DNA of 64,000 nt, taken from the NCBI GenBank assembly GCA_016844945.1, contig JAERTJ010000086.1, positions 115,183-179,182 on the forward strand, written 5' to 3'. This document shows, in pieces, positions 1 to 10,182 of the stretch. Source of the stretch: Fidelibacterota bacterium. Its GTDB lineage: Bacteria > Fidelibacterota > UBA8477 > JABMPR01. Both the position numbers and the translations under genes were made by a program. The number at the start of each line of letters is the position of its first letter. The first letter of the stretch is position 1. The notes under the pieces were generated by a model. The model was not told the origin of the DNA. It was given only the letters and a program-made list of their open reading frames with translations, and ran no database searches.

Positions 1-1
1 G

Positions 2-1888
2 CTGGAGATGTTCACAGCAATCCAGATTTTTCCAAGAGTGACAGGAATCCTGATTCAGCTTGTCCTGGCGACCATTCTAGTCATCAGTGGTAGTGGTTAC
101 TACCGACGGGGATTTCAACATCTCATCTTGCGTGTACCAAACATGGATTCCCTGGTGGCACTGGGTACCGGGTCAGCATATTTGTATTCAATCATTTCCA
201 CAATGAACCTGATCCAGGGATTCGAGATTGAAGGGTTTACGACCCTCTACTTTGAGGCAGCTGGTACGATTTTGCTCTTTATCACCTTCGGGAAATGGTT
301 AGAGGCACTGGCACGGGGCAAAACAACTGAGGCATTAACGGGACTCATGGATCAAATGCCTACTGAAGCTGAAGTAAAACGTGATGGTAAATGGGTTATG
401 TTAGGTCTTGACCAGGTCATAATAGGTGATGAGGTCAGGGTCAATCCACATACAAGAATTCCAGTAGACGGTGTCGTGTTAGCAGGCAGGAGTAGCACTG
501 ATGAATCTTCCATTAGTGGTGAATCAATTCCTGTTGAGAAAGAGGAAGGCAGTTCTGTCATTGGAGCCAGTCTGAACCTTCAGTCTGGAATGGTTATCCG
601 GGCTGAGAAAATTGGGCGTGAGTCCATGTTTGGCCAAATCATCACTCTGGTAGAATCAGCTCAACTTAAAAAACCAGAAATCCAAAAACTAGTCGATAAA
701 ATCGCAGCAGTCTTTGTTCCCATCGTTTTGAGTCTTGCACTTCTAAGTGGACTGGTCTGGTTGCTGCTGGGTTTTGGAATCACTTTCGCCATCAATGTTA
801 TGATATCAGTGATGATTATTGCCTGTCCATGTGCGCTGGGACTTGCAACACCAACGGCTTTGGTGGTTGGTAGTGGAATCGCGGCACGGGGTGGCATTCT
901 CATTAAATCTGCAGATGCTTTCCAGCAATTAAGTAAGGTGGATATCATGGTGTTCGATAAAACAGGCACTTTAACCACAGCTGATCCACAAGTTGTGGGA
1001 TGCTTCCCTGTGGATACTACGGGATATTTTAGTCTGGCTATGGGCTTGGAAGAAAAGAGTCAACATCCCCTTGCCAGGGCATTGCTCAAACACGGTACAA
1101 AACTGGGGCTCCAGGCAACAGAAATGGAGAATGTAACTGAACAGCCCGGTTCAGGGATTCAAGGCTATCATGAGCAATCCTGTTTTCATTTTCGTCGGCT
1201 GAATCCAGATGAAGATCTACCAGAAGATTTTTCCAAGGTCTCACAATCATATGATGAAAAAGGGTTTACTACTTCGGGTATTTTTTCCGATGACAATATT
1301 CTAGGGCTCATCGCTTTTTCCGATATCATTAAACCGGAGGGTAAAAGTGTTGTGCGTGCATTGAGGAACCGAGGTGTTGAATCCTATTTACTATCAGGGG
1401 ATAAGCCTAAAACGGCTGCTCGGATCGCTAAAGAAGCTGGAATCGATAATTTCCAGGCACAAGTGTTACCTGCGGATAAACATGATGAGGTAAAATCTCT
1501 ACAGAACCAGAGCAAGATTGTAGGCATGCTAGGTGATGGTATCAATGATGCACCTGCATTGACAGTGGCGGATATTGGAATTTCATTTAAAGGCAGTACA
1601 GATATTGCAATCAATGCTGCAGACATCATCCTGCTGAATGATTCACTGAATCATGTGGTATACGCCCATCGTATTGCACAGGCAACCATGGGTAAAATTC
1701 GTCAAAATTTATTCTGGGCATTTATCTATAACCTGGCTGGAATTCCCATTGCCATGGGCGTGTTATTTCCATTTACAGGGATGCTGCTAAACCCAATGTT
1801 CGCAGGGTTGGCAATGGCATTTTCGTCCGTTTCAGTCGTCAGTAACACCTTGCTTCTCCGGCAAAAGAATTATTTCACAAAGTTATGA
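2..1888 (+). CDS. copA: Heavy-metal (Cu+) translocating P1B-type ATPase, 5' end outside window
   Basis: CPCALGLATP, DKTGT, SGES, HP, GDGINDAPAL, YN and MAFSS motifs; frame open from the window start, N-terminal metal-binding domains not present in the window. Confidence 0.9.
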   Translation: MEMFTAIQIFPRVTGILIQLVLATILVISGSGYYRRGFQHLILRVPNMDSLVALGTGSAYLYSIISTMNLIQGFEIEGFTTLYFEAAGTILLFITFGKWLEALARGKTTEALTGLMDQMPTEAEVKRDGKWVMLGLDQVIIGDEVRVNPHTRIPVDGVVLAGRSSTDESSISGESIPVEKEEGSSVIGASLNLQSGMVIRAEKIGRESMFGQIITLVESAQLKKPEIQKLVDKIAAVFVPIVLSLALLSGLVWLLLGFGITFAINVMISVMIIACPCALGLATPTALVVGSGIAARGGILIKSADAFQQLSKVDIMVFDKTGTLTTADPQVVGCFPVDTTGYFSLAMGLEEKSQHPLARALLKHGTKLGLQATEMENVTEQPGSGIQGYHEQSCFHFRRLNPDEDLPEDFSKVSQSYDEKGFTTSGIFSDDNILGLIAFSDIIKPEGKSVVRALRNRGVESYLLSGDKPKTAARIAKEAGIDNFQAQVLPADKHDEVKSLQNQSKIVGMLGDGINDAPALTVADIGISFKGSTDIAINAADIILLNDSLNHVVYAHRIAQATMGKIRQNLFWAFIYNLAGIPIAMGVLFPFTGMLLNPMFAGLAMAFSSVSVVSNTLLLRQKNYFTKL

Positions 1889-1891
1889 TAC

Positions 1892-1919
1892 AAAAAAAGG
1901 GTCCCGAGGGACCCTTTTT
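1892..1919. terminator. Bidirectional intrinsic terminator
   Basis: A7-GGGTCC-CGAG-GGACCC-T5 between convergent genes. Confidence 0.85.
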
Positions 1920-1939
1920 CACAACTTCTAATTGAATTA

Positions 1940-2260
1940 CTAGTTCGGCATATTTCCTGGTTTGGGATGCATTCCTGGAAAAGCCATCGGATCAGGCATC
2001 CTGATCTCTCCGTGTTCAGTTTCGTATTTGGTAATGTTTTGTTCGAGAGCTCTCAGAAGCGCTTTAGTATGACTGGGGGTCATGATAACGCGCGATTGTA
2101 CATTTGCTTTCGGAGAACCAGGCATCACACGCACAAAGTCCATGACAAATTCAGCCGCAGAGTGTGTAATGATCGCCAGGTTTGCATATTCTCCATCAGC
2201 GACCTTTTCATTGACTTGAATTTGTATCTGTTGTGCAGGTTTATTTTTTTTTGGTTCCAT
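1940..2260 (-). CDS. DUF3467 family protein
   Basis: GEYANLAIITHSAAEFVMDF and SRVIMTPSHTKALLRALEQNI match my recollection of the family. Confidence 0.8.
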   Translation of the reverse strand: MEPKKNKPAQQIQIQVNEKVADGEYANLAIITHSAAEFVMDFVRVMPGSPKANVQSRVIMTPSHTKALLRALEQNITKYETEHGEIRMPDPMAFPGMHPKPGNMPN

Positions 2261-2292
2261 TTTTTATTTCCTTCGAAGGGTGGTGCCTAAGA

Positions 2293-2634
2293 TTAAGACT
2301 GCCAGGGTTTATTTCTGGAGAGATTGGGGTTATCTTCCCCCCACTCTTCTTCAGTATGATCGGGATCCTTATCCCAGTCAATCTCTGCAGCTTGTGTATC
2401 AGGGAGATCCTGATCATCAAAATCAGATTCTTCAAATCTTAAGTATTCATCGCCATACACAGATTCATCAAAAAAGTCGATATCTTCTACGATTTCCGCT
2501 ACCATAAGGAATTCCAGGAAATCCATATACTTTTTATTTTTAAGATTCGTTGCACAGTGTGGACAGACGAGAGATTTAGCTAATTTCTCCTCTGAAAGTT
2601 CTTCACCACAATTCGGGCATACAATATCTTCCAT
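2293..2634 (-). CDS. Hypothetical protein, Zn-ribbon N-terminus and acidic C-terminus
   Basis: CPNC and CPHC pairs; D/E-rich tail; GAGGG upstream of ATG. Confidence 0.7.
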   Translation of the reverse strand: MEDIVCPNCGEELSEEKLAKSLVCPHCATNLKNKKYMDFLEFLMVAEIVEDIDFFDESVYGDEYLRFEESDFDDQDLPDTQAAEIDWDKDPDHTEEEWGEDNPNLSRNKPWQS

Positions 2635-2800
2635 TATACCCTCACATTAATAGGTTGATAATTCCAATGGTTCATAAAGCGCGCAAATGTAGTCGGTGAC
2701 ATAGGGGGTGCCAAGAGGTTTTTAAAACCGCTAAATTTGCTAGGAAAATCATGTGCAGACGATATATTGCAACAATTAAAGCATTATTTGAAGGGTTAAA

Positions 2801-3196
2801 ATGGCGGCAAAAAAGTTCAACAAAACGACACTTAAGAAGTTCAAAGAGCTACTTATGGACGAGCGTAATCGTATTGCTGAAGACTTGGATTATCAGAAAA
2901 GTGAATTAAATAAAACAATTACTGATAGTGCCGGAGAGCTCTCGTCTGCAACCTACCACATGGCTGACGTTGGGACAGATATGGCTGAGAGAGAGAAAAC
3001 TAGTTTGTTCGCACATAGACAGGCTAAATACCTTAGCGATGTTGATGAAGCTCTGGAAAGAGTGGATGAAGAGACCTATGGTGTTTGTATCATTTGTGGC
3101 GAACTCATCGAAGAAGGTCGCCTGGTCGCAGCTCCCATCGCCAAGTACCACGTATCATGTAAAGAGACTCAGAACCAGCGTAATCACAATCAATAA
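2801..3196 (+). CDS. TraR/DksA family transcription factor
   Basis: Coiled coil with HMADVGTD tip, ALERVDEETYGVCIICGELI...RL zinc-finger region. Confidence 0.85.
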   Translation: MAAKKFNKTTLKKFKELLMDERNRIAEDLDYQKSELNKTITDSAGELSSATYHMADVGTDMAEREKTSLFAHRQAKYLSDVDEALERVDEETYGVCIICGELIEEGRLVAAPIAKYHVSCKETQNQRNHNQ

Positions 3197-3214
3197 GTGC
3201 GGTATATCACGCTA

Positions 3215-3712
3215 CTACTTCATCTCAAGTAAAGCAATCAGGTTTAAAATATTTTTTTCATAGAACCCACTCTCGCTCTGGGAGTAGATCACGTTTAAAT
3301 CAGATTTCTCATCCCCAAACCCAATTTTTAGCGAAATATTTAGTTCCCCGATCAATTTTACTAACCGAGAGCCTGGATCAGGTTCCAGCTGCAGCAAGAT
3401 GTCAGGATTAAAGCCCACAATCTTACTCTGTATGTCGACCCTTATTTCTGAATTCGGAGCATAGTTCATCTCCTCATAAACATGCTGGATATTCAATTCA
3501 GAACGTTCTGAATCTTTAGGAACCAGGAGCAGGTATTCAAACTGTTCAGGGAGATTGTACATGCGCTGCAAGGCGTAGCGGGCAATTCTCAACCATTCAG
3601 GTTTTTCTGGATAAATAATTGCAATCCGTTGAATGGTCTGAAATCTTTCCTGAAAACTGTATGGATTTTGTGGTGTTGGTTTTTTGGTTGGTATTAGTCT
3701 CATAAGGAGCAT
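3215..3712 (-). CDS. Hypothetical protein
   Basis: 165-aa ORF filling the gap; alpha/beta pattern (NPDILLQL, LKIGF); no firm family. Confidence 0.6.
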   Translation of the reverse strand: MLLMRLIPTKKPTPQNPYSFQERFQTIQRIAIIYPEKPEWLRIARYALQRMYNLPEQFEYLLLVPKDSERSELNIQHVYEEMNYAPNSEIRVDIQSKIVGFNPDILLQLEPDPGSRLVKLIGELNISLKIGFGDEKSDLNVIYSQSESGFYEKNILNLIALLEMK

Positions 3713-3886
3713 GATTTAATTGAAATCACAGACAGAAACAATCCCCTATTTGATTTTCAAGTCATCATTTCTCAATTTGTCCTCCCAATAATTCTTACAA
3801 TTTATCCAGATCTGAGCGCTCCATCACGGGTGCATAAAATTGACATATTTTTCGCCTGAATAATCATTGCATCATCTGCGAGAAAA

Positions 3887-6019
3887 ATGAATTTATGCAC
3901 CATGTTTCGAACCAGCTTATACAGTCTTCTATTCATCTCTACCCTCCTGGCTCAGGACTATCGTTGGCCCATCAGAGCCTCACAAAGTTTATCTGCAACC
4001 TTCTGTGAGTATCGGTCCGGGCATCTACATGCCGGTATAGATATCAAGACCTGGGGAGAGATGGAAGTACCCTGCCTGGCGATTGGGAATGGTTACATTG
4101 AAAAAGTTCTGGTAGGCTACAATGGCTACGGGCGCGGTCTCATTCTACGCCTGGAGGATGGTAGCCAGGCAGTATACGGTCATCTCGAGCAATTCACTCC
4201 CCTCATCGAGCGAAGAATTCTCACCCAACAGCTAGAACTCGAGAGATATTCTATGCGAATGGAGTTTTCACCAGATGAATATCCTGTGACTGCTGGACAA
4301 ATCATTGGGTATAGTGGGACATCTGGTACAGAGCACCCCCATCTTCATTTTGAGATTTGGGATTCGCTAAGGACTGTCCTGAATCCACAACTGTTTTACC
4401 CTGGGATCAAAGATACTAAACGACCTATCATGGATGAAGCCTTGCTCTTACCAGATAGTGAGAACAGCAGAATTAATGAGAGCCGATTTCCCCTTATCAT
4501 CGATTTTCATGCACCTATTGAACCCGTGGCGATTACTGGTCCGATTCGTGTAGCTATAAATGCCCATGATCGAGCGGATGGCACCTTTAATAAGTATAAT
4601 GTTTATTCAGCTGAGGCACAGATTAATGACTCACTTGTCTTTAAACGCCAGTTCGACCAGAGTTCTAATCGTCTCATGGATGAGGTTGACCATATCTACC
4701 CTGGCATGCGGGGTCGCAGAGGCTGGCGCTTCATGTCACTATTCAATAAAGAAGCAGAGAAAAGTGTTCCCTTTTCACCTCCTGGGATGCATGGTATTAT
4801 TGCACCTGCAGGAATCTCAAGCCTGACGTTGAGAGTTGCCGATATTCATGGTAACGAGACCAGCCGAAATATTGTAACTCATGAGGAAATTCATGACACC
4901 TGGGAACTCAAGCAAGATGAGAGCAATTTCATTCTAACCCGCCACTATCCTCAAAATGGATATGAGAAAGTACAATTTTTTACCGGTGATAATTCTTTCA
5001 TCCCCATATCAGAAACCCTTTACCGACTCCGTTCCACAACCTGGGTTTTGTCAAACAGTTATGCTGAAACGGGTATCCGTGCCCTGGGAACCTCCAGTGT
5101 AAATACCAAGTGGATCGTACCTCCTGCTGATCAAGGTTTGCCTGTCCTGGACTACTCCTGGTCCAGATTGGAGGGAGGTTATGTGCTCAGACTGGAAAGT
5201 GAAGAGCCCTATATTTTTCCCATCACTTACTCCCTGGTGTTTGGTGACAGTTTGATTTCAGGAGAAATGAGGCAAACCTCCCCAACGCATGCAGAAACCG
5301 ATATTCACCCACTTCACATCCGGGGACAGGCAGAGCGCCTGGAATTTTTACGAGGCTCCGATTTGACAGCGTACATGGAAATTGATTCCTCCCGGGTTTT
5401 GCCTCCTCAAGAAAGCAAGTCGTTCTTGATCGATGAACTCGATGTTCAGATTCGAGCAAGCAATCAGGGTTTAAACAAGATCTTTTTCACAACAGATACA
5501 ACAGCATCTGAATTTGAGGGACGAACAGTTCTTGGCGTTAAAATTGGTGTTTTAGGGGATACATCCAACGCCTTCCTCGCTGAACTTACTTATGAGAATC
5601 TGGACTCCTCCTATTCAATATTTTCCCCAGGAAAAAAGAAAAGATGGAGAAAAGTTTGGAATGCTGATACTTCAGGAGCTTTCAAGTTAATTCTCCAACA
5701 AGGGGCTACTCTTTTTGCGCTCCAGGACAACCGCGGACCTGTGGTCAAACCAAACAGCTCCTATTCAAAGGTAAACCGAGGTCAACGTCTGGTTTTTAAG
5801 ATTCTTGACAACACTGGGATTGTCTCCTACCCGCGCTCAGGGATCAGGGCGTTTATAGATGATGATCTATTTTTTCCTGACTACAACCCTTTGAGGAAAG
5901 AATTGTCTTTCCACATCCCGGGTAGAATAAAATCAGGTCCCCATGTATTCAAATTTTCAATCGAAGACCAGTCCGGGAATACCACGAATTACTCTCGACG
6001 AATCAATGTGATAGGATAA
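3887..6019 (+). CDS. Secreted M23 family metallopeptidase with long C-terminal extension
   Basis: Signal peptide, HAGID, YGHL and HPHLHFE zinc motifs; start may be ATG at 3902. Confidence 0.85.
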   Translation: MNLCTMFRTSLYSLLFISTLLAQDYRWPIRASQSLSATFCEYRSGHLHAGIDIKTWGEMEVPCLAIGNGYIEKVLVGYNGYGRGLILRLEDGSQAVYGHLEQFTPLIERRILTQQLELERYSMRMEFSPDEYPVTAGQIIGYSGTSGTEHPHLHFEIWDSLRTVLNPQLFYPGIKDTKRPIMDEALLLPDSENSRINESRFPLIIDFHAPIEPVAITGPIRVAINAHDRADGTFNKYNVYSAEAQINDSLVFKRQFDQSSNRLMDEVDHIYPGMRGRRGWRFMSLFNKEAEKSVPFSPPGMHGIIAPAGISSLTLRVADIHGNETSRNIVTHEEIHDTWELKQDESNFILTRHYPQNGYEKVQFFTGDNSFIPISETLYRLRSTTWVLSNSYAETGIRALGTSSVNTKWIVPPADQGLPVLDYSWSRLEGGYVLRLESEEPYIFPITYSLVFGDSLISGEMRQTSPTHAETDIHPLHIRGQAERLEFLRGSDLTAYMEIDSSRVLPPQESKSFLIDELDVQIRASNQGLNKIFFTTDTTASEFEGRTVLGVKIGVLGDTSNAFLAELTYENLDSSYSIFSPGKKKRWRKVWNADTSGAFKLILQQGATLFALQDNRGPVVKPNSSYSKVNRGQRLVFKILDNTGIVSYPRSGIRAFIDDDLFFPDYNPLRKELSFHIPGRIKSGPHVFKFSIEDQSGNTTNYSRRINVIG

Positions 6020-6020
6020 A

Positions 6021-6656
6021 ATGTTTATCCCTTTAAAGGATACGAACCCAGCGCTTCGAAAACCCCTGATCACTTACGGTTTAATCCTTACGAATATCAT
6101 TTTCTACCTTTTGAGTTATGTCTATCATTTCAACAGTCTGGTCTTCTCAAAAACGGTTTTCCTGAATGATCTATTGGTAGCAGTACCCACCCTATTCACC
6201 TACCAATTTCTTCATGGGGGGTGGAGCCACCTCCTATTCAACATGCTCTTTCTTTATATATTTGGGGATAATATTGAAGGGTCACTGGGCAGGAGATTCT
6301 TTTTAGTTTTTTACCTCATTTGCGGGATAGGAGCGGCTCTTTCTGAAGTGTATTTGGATCCCTATTTTGGTCTGGACGGACCTGGTCTCCTTATCGGTGC
6401 ATCAGGCTCAATTTCTGGTGTACTCGCGGCGTATGCACTGAGATATCCTAAGGCTAAAATTCTTACCTGGACAATTTTCATCCTCTTCCTGGAAATACGA
6501 GCAGTCTGGTTTATTGGAATCTGGATTGCCATGCAATTTTTATTCGAAATACTGACACCTAACGGCGGTACAGCTTATATTGCACACATCGGTGGTTTTA
6601 TTACAGGATTGGTTGTTTATAGCATCTATCACAGATATCAATTAAGCAGGATTTAA
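6021..6656 (+). CDS. Rhomboid family intramembrane serine protease
   Basis: FLHGGWSHLLFNMLFL, GASGS catalytic Ser, AHIGG catalytic His. Confidence 0.92.
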   Translation: MFIPLKDTNPALRKPLITYGLILTNIIFYLLSYVYHFNSLVFSKTVFLNDLLVAVPTLFTYQFLHGGWSHLLFNMLFLYIFGDNIEGSLGRRFFLVFYLICGIGAALSEVYLDPYFGLDGPGLLIGASGSISGVLAAYALRYPKAKILTWTIFILFLEIRAVWFIGIWIAMQFLFEILTPNGGTAYIAHIGGFITGLVVYSIYHRYQLSRI

Positions 6657-7045
6657 TGACGAAAAACAAACTCATTGAAGTTGCTCAGGAAGCCCGAAAA
6701 AAGGCATACGCAAAGTATTCAGATTTTTTTGTGGGTGCAGCTGTCCTGACTGATTCAGGTAAAATTTTTCCTGGATGTAATGTTGAAAATGCCAGTTATA
6801 GTCTCACCATCTGTGCTGAACGAACAGCTCTCCATTCAGCCATTGTAGCCGGGGAGAGAAAATTCACGCATCTGGTTGTTGCCACCGAAAATGGTGTAAG
6901 CCCCTGTGGTGCCTGTCGTCAGGTCATCTGGGAGCTGTGTGGGGATATCCCTATCACCATAGTCGATGAGAAAGGTGTGTGTACCGAAACACGATCATCA
7001 ACACTACTACCACTTGCATTTGACCAGAACGATCTCAATAATTGA
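6656..7045 (+). CDS. cdd: Cytidine deaminase (homotetrameric type)
   Basis: GCNVENASY, CAERTA, PCGACRQ; TAATG overlap with the rhomboid gene. Confidence 0.95.
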   Translation: MTKNKLIEVAQEARKKAYAKYSDFFVGAAVLTDSGKIFPGCNVENASYSLTICAERTALHSAIVAGERKFTHLVVATENGVSPCGACRQVIWELCGDIPITIVDEKGVCTETRSSTLLPLAFDQNDLNN

Positions 7046-7085
7046 GCACCTGCCTAAAAATTAATTTCAGGAGAATTCTATCACC

Positions 7086-7649
7086 ATGGAGCATTTAACG
7101 CCCCACCACTCCGGCTGGATTGAAGTCATTACCGGTTCCATGTTCAGCGGCAAAACCGAGGAACTTATACGCAGACTTCGACGGGCACAGATTGCTCGTC
7201 AACATGTTGCAATTTTTAAACCTGATATCGACAACCGGTTTAGTGAAGACCATATTGTTTCACACAGTCAGCAACAACTGGAGTCAACGAAGGTTAAAAC
7301 AGCCAAGGATATTCTCCAACTTGCTAAACATATGCAGGTTGTGGGAATTGATGAGACACAATTTTTTGACGATGACATTGTTGAAGTATGCCGAACACTT
7401 GCACGTCAGAAAAAACGCGTGATTGTTGCTGGACTAGAAAAAGACTATCGCGCACAACCCTTTGGTCCCATGCCTGAGCTAATAATAGATGCTGAATATG
7501 TGACTAAGAATCTGGCTATCTGCGTGGTGTGCGGAAACCCAGCAGGGTTCACACAGCGATTAAATAACACAGGGGACCAAATCTTGGTGGGTGAGGCTGA
7601 AGCCTATGAAGCCCGTTGTCGTAACTGCTATGAAGAACCTGAGGATTAG
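7086..7649 (+). CDS. tdk: Thymidine kinase
   Basis: [12 protein letters not shown]-loop, IDETQF, CVVC...CRNC zinc site. Confidence 0.95.
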   Translation: MEHLTPHHSGWIEVITGSMFSGKTEELIRRLRRAQIARQHVAIFKPDIDNRFSEDHIVSHSQQQLESTKVKTAKDILQLAKHMQVVGIDETQFFDDDIVEVCRTLARQKKRVIVAGLEKDYRAQPFGPMPELIIDAEYVTKNLAICVVCGNPAGFTQRLNNTGDQILVGEAEAYEARCRNCYEEPED

Positions 7650-7652
7650 ACT

Positions 7653-8870
7653 ATGCAAAGACTAACTGGATTATTGGGCATCGCTGCAATTCTGGGTATT
7701 GCCTATCTCATGTCAAACAATCGCAAATCAATCAATTTTCGTATTGTATACTGGGGGCTTGGGCTGCAAATCGCCTTCGCTATTTTCATTTTAGCTACTC
7801 CCATTGGCCAACCCTTATTTGAGTTTTTTGATAGGGGTGTTCGCAAACTATTGTCCTTCTCAGATGAGGGTGCTGAATTTCTGTTTAATGCTCTAGCCAT
7901 AGGTCCCGGGAATGATGGGAGTTTGGGCTTCTTTTTCGCATTTCAAATTCTGCCAACAATCATTTTCTTTTCAGCGTTCATGGCTATTCTTTATCATTTT
8001 GGTGTCATGCAGTTTATTGTCAAATATATCGCTCGAGGAATGCAGAAGTCCATGAAGACCAGTGGTTCAGAGACGTTATCTGCCTCAGCCAATATTTTTG
8101 TGGGCCAGACAGAAGCACCTCTGGTTATCAGACCCTTTGTAAAAACGATGACTAAAAGCGAGCTCATGGCTGTGATGACAGGAGGATTCGCAACAATGGC
8201 GGGGGGGGTGTTGGCAATCTATGCAAAATGGCTAGCCGATATACCTAACATTGCCGGACACCTCATGGCTGCTTCAGTGATGAGTGCCCCAGCAGCATTG
8301 GTACTCGCCAAGATCATTTATCCCGAAGTAGAAACCTCTCCCACCCAGGGTGATCTAAAATTGGAGATTGAGAAAACCAGCGGCAATGTCATGGAATCTA
8401 TTGCCAGAGGAACCGGTGATGGGATGCGCCTGGCTGCCAATGTTGGAGCCATGCTTATTGCCATCGTTGCCCTGGTTGCAGCAGCCAATTATGGACTGAG
8501 CTGGATCGGACTCAGTATTCAACAAGTTCTGGGCTGGGTATTCTCTCCCCTGGCCTTCCTAATGGGAGTCCCCTATGCCGATATTTTTACGGTTGGACAA
8601 CTCATGGGTGAGAAAATTGTACTTACTGAACTAGTTGCTTATGCCCATCTCCAGGAGATGTCTGGGGTATTGACTGAGAAATCAATGATTATTAGTTCAT
8701 ATGCCCTGTGCGGCTTTGCAAATTTTGCTTCTATTGGAATTCAGATTGGTGGAATTGGTGCTCTGGCTCCAGAAAGAAGGGGAGATCTTTCACAAGTCGC
8801 ACTGAAAGCCATGATTGGTGGAGCCCTGGCTTCGTGGCTAACTGCAACTGTGGCAGGAATTATGCTATAG
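7653..8870 (+). CDS. nupC: Concentrative nucleoside transporter (CNT/NupC family)
   Basis: LPTIIFFSA, ANIFVGQTEAPL, ALCGFANFASIGIQIGG. Confidence 0.92.
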   Translation: MQRLTGLLGIAAILGIAYLMSNNRKSINFRIVYWGLGLQIAFAIFILATPIGQPLFEFFDRGVRKLLSFSDEGAEFLFNALAIGPGNDGSLGFFFAFQILPTIIFFSAFMAILYHFGVMQFIVKYIARGMQKSMKTSGSETLSASANIFVGQTEAPLVIRPFVKTMTKSELMAVMTGGFATMAGGVLAIYAKWLADIPNIAGHLMAASVMSAPAALVLAKIIYPEVETSPTQGDLKLEIEKTSGNVMESIARGTGDGMRLAANVGAMLIAIVALVAAANYGLSWIGLSIQQVLGWVFSPLAFLMGVPYADIFTVGQLMGEKIVLTELVAYAHLQEMSGVLTEKSMIISSYALCGFANFASIGIQIGGIGALAPERRGDLSQVALKAMIGGALASWLTATVAGIML

Positions 8871-8942
8871 AATATGTTGTGTTATAATGAATGGCTAAAA
8901 GCCCATGCAATATTGATTACATAAATTTGGAGAAAGATTAGT

Positions 8943-9584
8943 ATGCGTATAATTCTTTTAGGACCTCCCGGTGCTGGTAAAGGCACCCAGGCTAAAATGA
9001 TTGTGAAGGATTTTAAAATTCGCCAATTATCGACAGGAGACCTCCTCCGTGAGAATCGTCGACAAGGAACTGACCTTGGTAAAGAGGCACAAAAATTCAT
9101 GGATGGTGGTGATCTGGTCCCTGACTCAGTGATTCTGGGTATGGTTGCAAAGGAGTTTAAAAAGCCTGAGCTCAAACCTGGTTATATTCTCGATGGATTC
9201 CCACGGACATGCCCTCAGGCAGATGGTCTGGACCAGCTCTTAAAGGATCAAGATCTGGCACTTGACCATGTTCTGGTTCTTGATGTTCCTGACTCAGAAT
9301 TGGTTCGTAGATTGACTGCCAGAAGAAGCTGTTCAGAATGCGGTCATATTTACAACCTGGTATTCAACCCACCCAAATCTGAAGGTGTGTGCGACCATGA
9401 CGGCAGTCCACTTGTTCATCGTTCTGATGATACAGAAGAAACCGTTGTGAATCGCCTGAAGGTTTACAAAGACCAAACACGACCATTGATAGATCACTAC
9501 AACCCGCAGGGGTTAGTTCGACTTATAGATGGGACGGGCAATGTGAAGGATATCTACGATTGTATCCTGAAAGTCTTGAAGTAA
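8943..9584 (+). CDS. adk: Adenylate kinase
   Basis: GPPGAGKGTQA, STGDLLR, LDGFPRT, zinc lid CSEC...CDHD. Confidence 0.95.
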   Translation: MRIILLGPPGAGKGTQAKMIVKDFKIRQLSTGDLLRENRRQGTDLGKEAQKFMDGGDLVPDSVILGMVAKEFKKPELKPGYILDGFPRTCPQADGLDQLLKDQDLALDHVLVLDVPDSELVRRLTARRSCSECGHIYNLVFNPPKSEGVCDHDGSPLVHRSDDTEETVVNRLKVYKDQTRPLIDHYNPQGLVRLIDGTGNVKDIYDCILKVLK

Positions 9585-9588
9585 AGCA

Positions 9589-10182
9589 ATGTACATCCTC
9601 GGGGTTACTGGAAATATTGGTTCGGGCAAGAGTAGTGTCAGTGAACGGCTGGCTTACCATGGTGCCTTTGTCTCACATTCCGATGCTCTGGCGAAAGAAA
9701 TTCTCCAGAGCAACCCCGGAATCATTGAACAGCTTTGCGCCCGCTTTGGAGATGACCTCCTTGATGCTTCAGGAATTCTTCAAAAACACCTACTCGCGGA
9801 AAGAGCTTTTGCAACCCGTGAGGATCAATTATTCCTGAACCATCTGATACACCCGGAGGTCAAAAAATCCACTCTGGAAGAGATCGAGCATTCTCGCGAC
9901 GAAGGATATTCGCTATTTGTCATCGATGCTCCCCTACTCTTTGAAGCCCATTTAGACAGTATCACGGATAGTGTACTCGTTGTTGTTGCGGATCGCATTT
10001 TTCGGGAAGGACGAGTTGAACGTCGTAGTCAGATAACAAAAGTGGATTTTGAAAGACGAGATGCTCTCCAAATGCCCAGAGAAGAAAAAATTCGGCGGGC
10101 TAATCATGTCATCGACAATGAAGGCACACTTGAAGAGCTATTAGAGAAAGCTGATATCTTTTTTCAGAAGCTTAAGTTTTAA
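9589..10182 (+). CDS. coaE: Dephospho-CoA kinase
   Basis: GVTGNIGSGKS, LIHPEV, DAPLLFE. Confidence 0.93.
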   Translation: MYILGVTGNIGSGKSSVSERLAYHGAFVSHSDALAKEILQSNPGIIEQLCARFGDDLLDASGILQKHLLAERAFATREDQLFLNHLIHPEVKKSTLEEIEHSRDEGYSLFVIDAPLLFEAHLDSITDSVLVVVADRIFREGRVERRSQITKVDFERRDALQMPREEKIRRANHVIDNEGTLEELLEKADIFFQKLKF

